Positions 62,233 through 64,000 of a stretch of 64,000 nucleotides of DNA are shown here, piece by piece (the first letter of the stretch is position 1; every line of letters begins with the position of its first letter). This DNA is from an uncultured Nitrospiraceae bacterium. GTDB taxonomy: Bacteria > Nitrospirota > Thermodesulfovibrionia > Thermodesulfovibrionales > SM23-35. The stretch spans positions 416,001 to 480,000 of the forward strand of contig CAVSHB010000003.1 in assembly GCA_963727775.1 (NCBI GenBank). Direction: 5' to 3'. Position numbers and translations under genes: made by a program. The notes under the pieces were generated by a model, which worked only from the letters and a program-made list of their open reading frames with translations, was not told where the DNA came from and did no database searches.

Positions 62233-62466
62233 TCAGTCAGGGAGTAATGACTGATCTTTGAGCGTTATTACCATCTTTTCAAAATCTTCAGGATGGTGGT
62301 GGCCAAGAGAAACAAGTGCGTCGTACGGTTCGGTTTTTCCATCTTCGTCAACTGCAGTTAAGTATCTGTCAAAAAGTTCCTCAAAGATTTTACTTTTTTC
62401 CTTGTCAAGAGCGAAATCTTCATATGCGTTAAAAATCTTCATAGCCATGTTTTCTAAATCGCCCAT
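62233..62466 (-). CDS. Hypothetical acidic protein
   Basis: 77-aa ORF with AGGAG RBS. Confidence 0.6.
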   Translation of the reverse strand: MGDLENMAMKIFNAYEDFALDKEKSKIFEELFDRYLTAVDEDGKTEPYDALVSLGHHHPEDFEKMVITLKDQSLLPD

Positions 62467-62513
62467 TTTCTCTCCTTGCTCAAATTGAATAATACAAAAT
62501 AGTATTATACCAT

Positions 62514-62561
62514 TTGACAGGAAATAATCTTTTGTTTTAAGATTGAGTGAGCACTCACTCA
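62514..62561 (+). promoter_or_regulatory. Sigma70-type promoter with adjacent TetR-type operator
   Basis: TTGACA (62514) - 18 bp - TAAGAT (62538), then palindrome TGAGTGAG-CA-CTCACTCA (62544-62561). Confidence 0.7.
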
Positions 62562-62658
62562 GTTTTCGATGCAGGATTTAGGCTGCCGACGAGATGAGAA
62601 TTGCAGACATTTAAGATAAACTCGCGCATCCGAAATCCTCGAAACGATAAGTAAAGTA

Positions 62659-63288
62659 ATGTTAGGTAAATCGAATAATAAATCCGTCGACAAGCGCAAC
62701 GTCATTCTGGATGCCGCACTCAGGACATTTGCCAGACGCGGATATACCGATACCAAGGTCGCGGAGATCGCTTCTGAAGCAAGTGTGGCAGAAGGTACGC
62801 TCTATAATTATTTCCAGAGCAAAGAAGAACTCCTCCTTGCGCTTTTTGACGAAAAGTGGGGAGGGATCATCGATGAAATCAAAAAGAAGATCAGCCGTCT
62901 TGATGATCCGAACGATAAATTGAAGGCCGTCTTTTCCCTCGTCGTAATGATGTTCAAGAAGAACCGCCATCTTGCGGACCTCTTTATGGTCGATATGAAG
63001 CAAAGCAGCATTTTTCTGACGAACTATACGATCAACCGCATCGTTGAATTTCTGAACATCATCGAAGAGATTCTGGAGGAGGGAAAAAGAAAAGGGATTT
63101 ACCGCAAGGACCTGGATGCCCGTGTCGCCAAGATGGTGATCTTTGGGGCGGCACAAGGTATACTCTTGAGCTGGGTGTTGAACGAGTCAAAGGCGGTGAA
63201 GGACCGGACCTTCAGATTCTCTCTCTATCGTGCTGCCAGAACGTTAAAGGACATATTCAAATCAGGATTGGTTGGAGAAAGAAAATGA
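62659..63288 (+). CDS. TetR/AcrR family regulator
   Basis: ILDAALRTFARRGY...IASEASVAEGTLYNYFQSKEELL. Confidence 0.92.
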   Translation: MLGKSNNKSVDKRNVILDAALRTFARRGYTDTKVAEIASEASVAEGTLYNYFQSKEELLLALFDEKWGGIIDEIKKKISRLDDPNDKLKAVFSLVVMMFKKNRHLADLFMVDMKQSSIFLTNYTINRIVEFLNIIEEILEEGKRKGIYRKDLDARVAKMVIFGAAQGILLSWVLNESKAVKDRTFRFSLYRAARTLKDIFKSGLVGERK

Positions 63289-64000
63289 TATTTAATGATT
63301 TAAGGGAATTTATAGGCTTTCTGGAAGAGAAAAAAGAGCTTGTCCGCATTAAGACAGAGGTTGACCCAATCCTTGAAGTCACCGAGGTTGCGGACCGGAT
63401 ATCAAAGAAAGGCGGGCCTGCCCTGCTATTCGAAAAGGTCAAAGGTTCGCAAATGCCTGTTGCCATCAATCTTTTCGGCTCTTATCAAAGGATGGCCTGG
63501 GCTCTCGGTCTGGAAGATTTCAATGCCATCGGACAAAAGTTTTCGTCGTTATTAAAAGTCGACCTCGAACTGAAATTGCGTCAGAAGATAGAGGCGTTGT
63601 TCGACCTATACAAACTCAGTACTTCGAAACCGAAGGAAGTGAAAAAGGCGCCTTGCCAGGAGATCGTGAAGGACAAGGATTTTTCGTTGCTCGATTATCC
63701 TGTGCTCAAGTGCTGGCCCGATGACGGCGGACGTTTTATTACATTACCGCTTGTCATTACAAAAGATCCCGAGTCCGGAAAACAGAATCTCGGCATGTAC
63801 CGCATGCAGGTCTATGACGAAAAATCAACAGGCATGCACTGGCATACTCACCATGATGGAGCTGTAAACTTCAGAAAGAATGTAAAGCTCGGCAAGAGAA
63901 CAGAGGTTGCCGTTGCTCTCGGTGGTGATCCGATCACGATATTTTCGGCAACAGCTCCATTGCCTTATGGTATCGAAGAACTTTTTTTCACCGGATTTCT
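63285..64000 (+). CDS. UbiD-family (menaquinone biosynthesis-type) decarboxylase, partial
   Basis: Manual translation MIFNDLREFIGFLEEKKELVRIKTEVDPILEVTE...GGPALLFEKV...KCWPDDGGRFITLP...NLGMYRMQ; ATGA overlap with TetR. Confidence 0.88.
   Translation, partial: MIFNDLREFIGFLEEKKELVRIKTEVDPILEVTEVADRISKKGGPALLFEKVKGSQMPVAINLFGSYQRMAWALGLEDFNAIGQKFSSLLKVDLELKLRQKIEALFDLYKLSTSKPKEVKKAPCQEIVKDKDFSLLDYPVLKCWPDDGGRFITLPLVITKDPESGKQNLGMYRMQVYDEKSTGMHWHTHHDGAVNFRKNVKLGKRTEVAVALGGDPITIFSATAPLPYGIEELFFTGF

Overview
Bacterial chromosome window. The gene set and composition suggest an anaerobic Nitrospirota/Deltaproteobacteria-like organism, which is inference only. Housekeeping genes flank the window: radical SAM, bamD, precorrin-2 dehydrogenase, LysR, UPF0182, bioB, HAD phosphatase and 4 tRNAs on the left; smc preceded by two parS sites, a GlcD-like oxidase, TetR and a UbiD-family decarboxylase on the right. 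A ~40.8 kb integrative element sits in tRNA-Lys(CTT), bounded by a perfect 49-bp direct repeat (11437-11485 / 52229-52277). It carries a split tyrosine integrase, an excisionase and a repressor. Its cargo includes a Sec-signal RHS protein with a Trp/Pro-rich C-terminal cargo, a TPR protein and a 3466-aa YD-capped multi-propeller surface protein. It also has a dense defence-like block: RelE/Phd, YhaM-like, two PIN proteins, an Eco29kI-type R-M pair, HTH-ImmA-SAMHD1-like HD-YwgA-like, and TM plus P-loop NTPase. An IS110 with a candidate bridge RNA and a rep/relaxase module complete the element. Right of attR lie an IS3, a truncated rolling-circle Rep, a PIN/Phd TA pair and three copies of a covarying palindromic repeat. 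All family calls come from motif recognition by eye; no searches were run.
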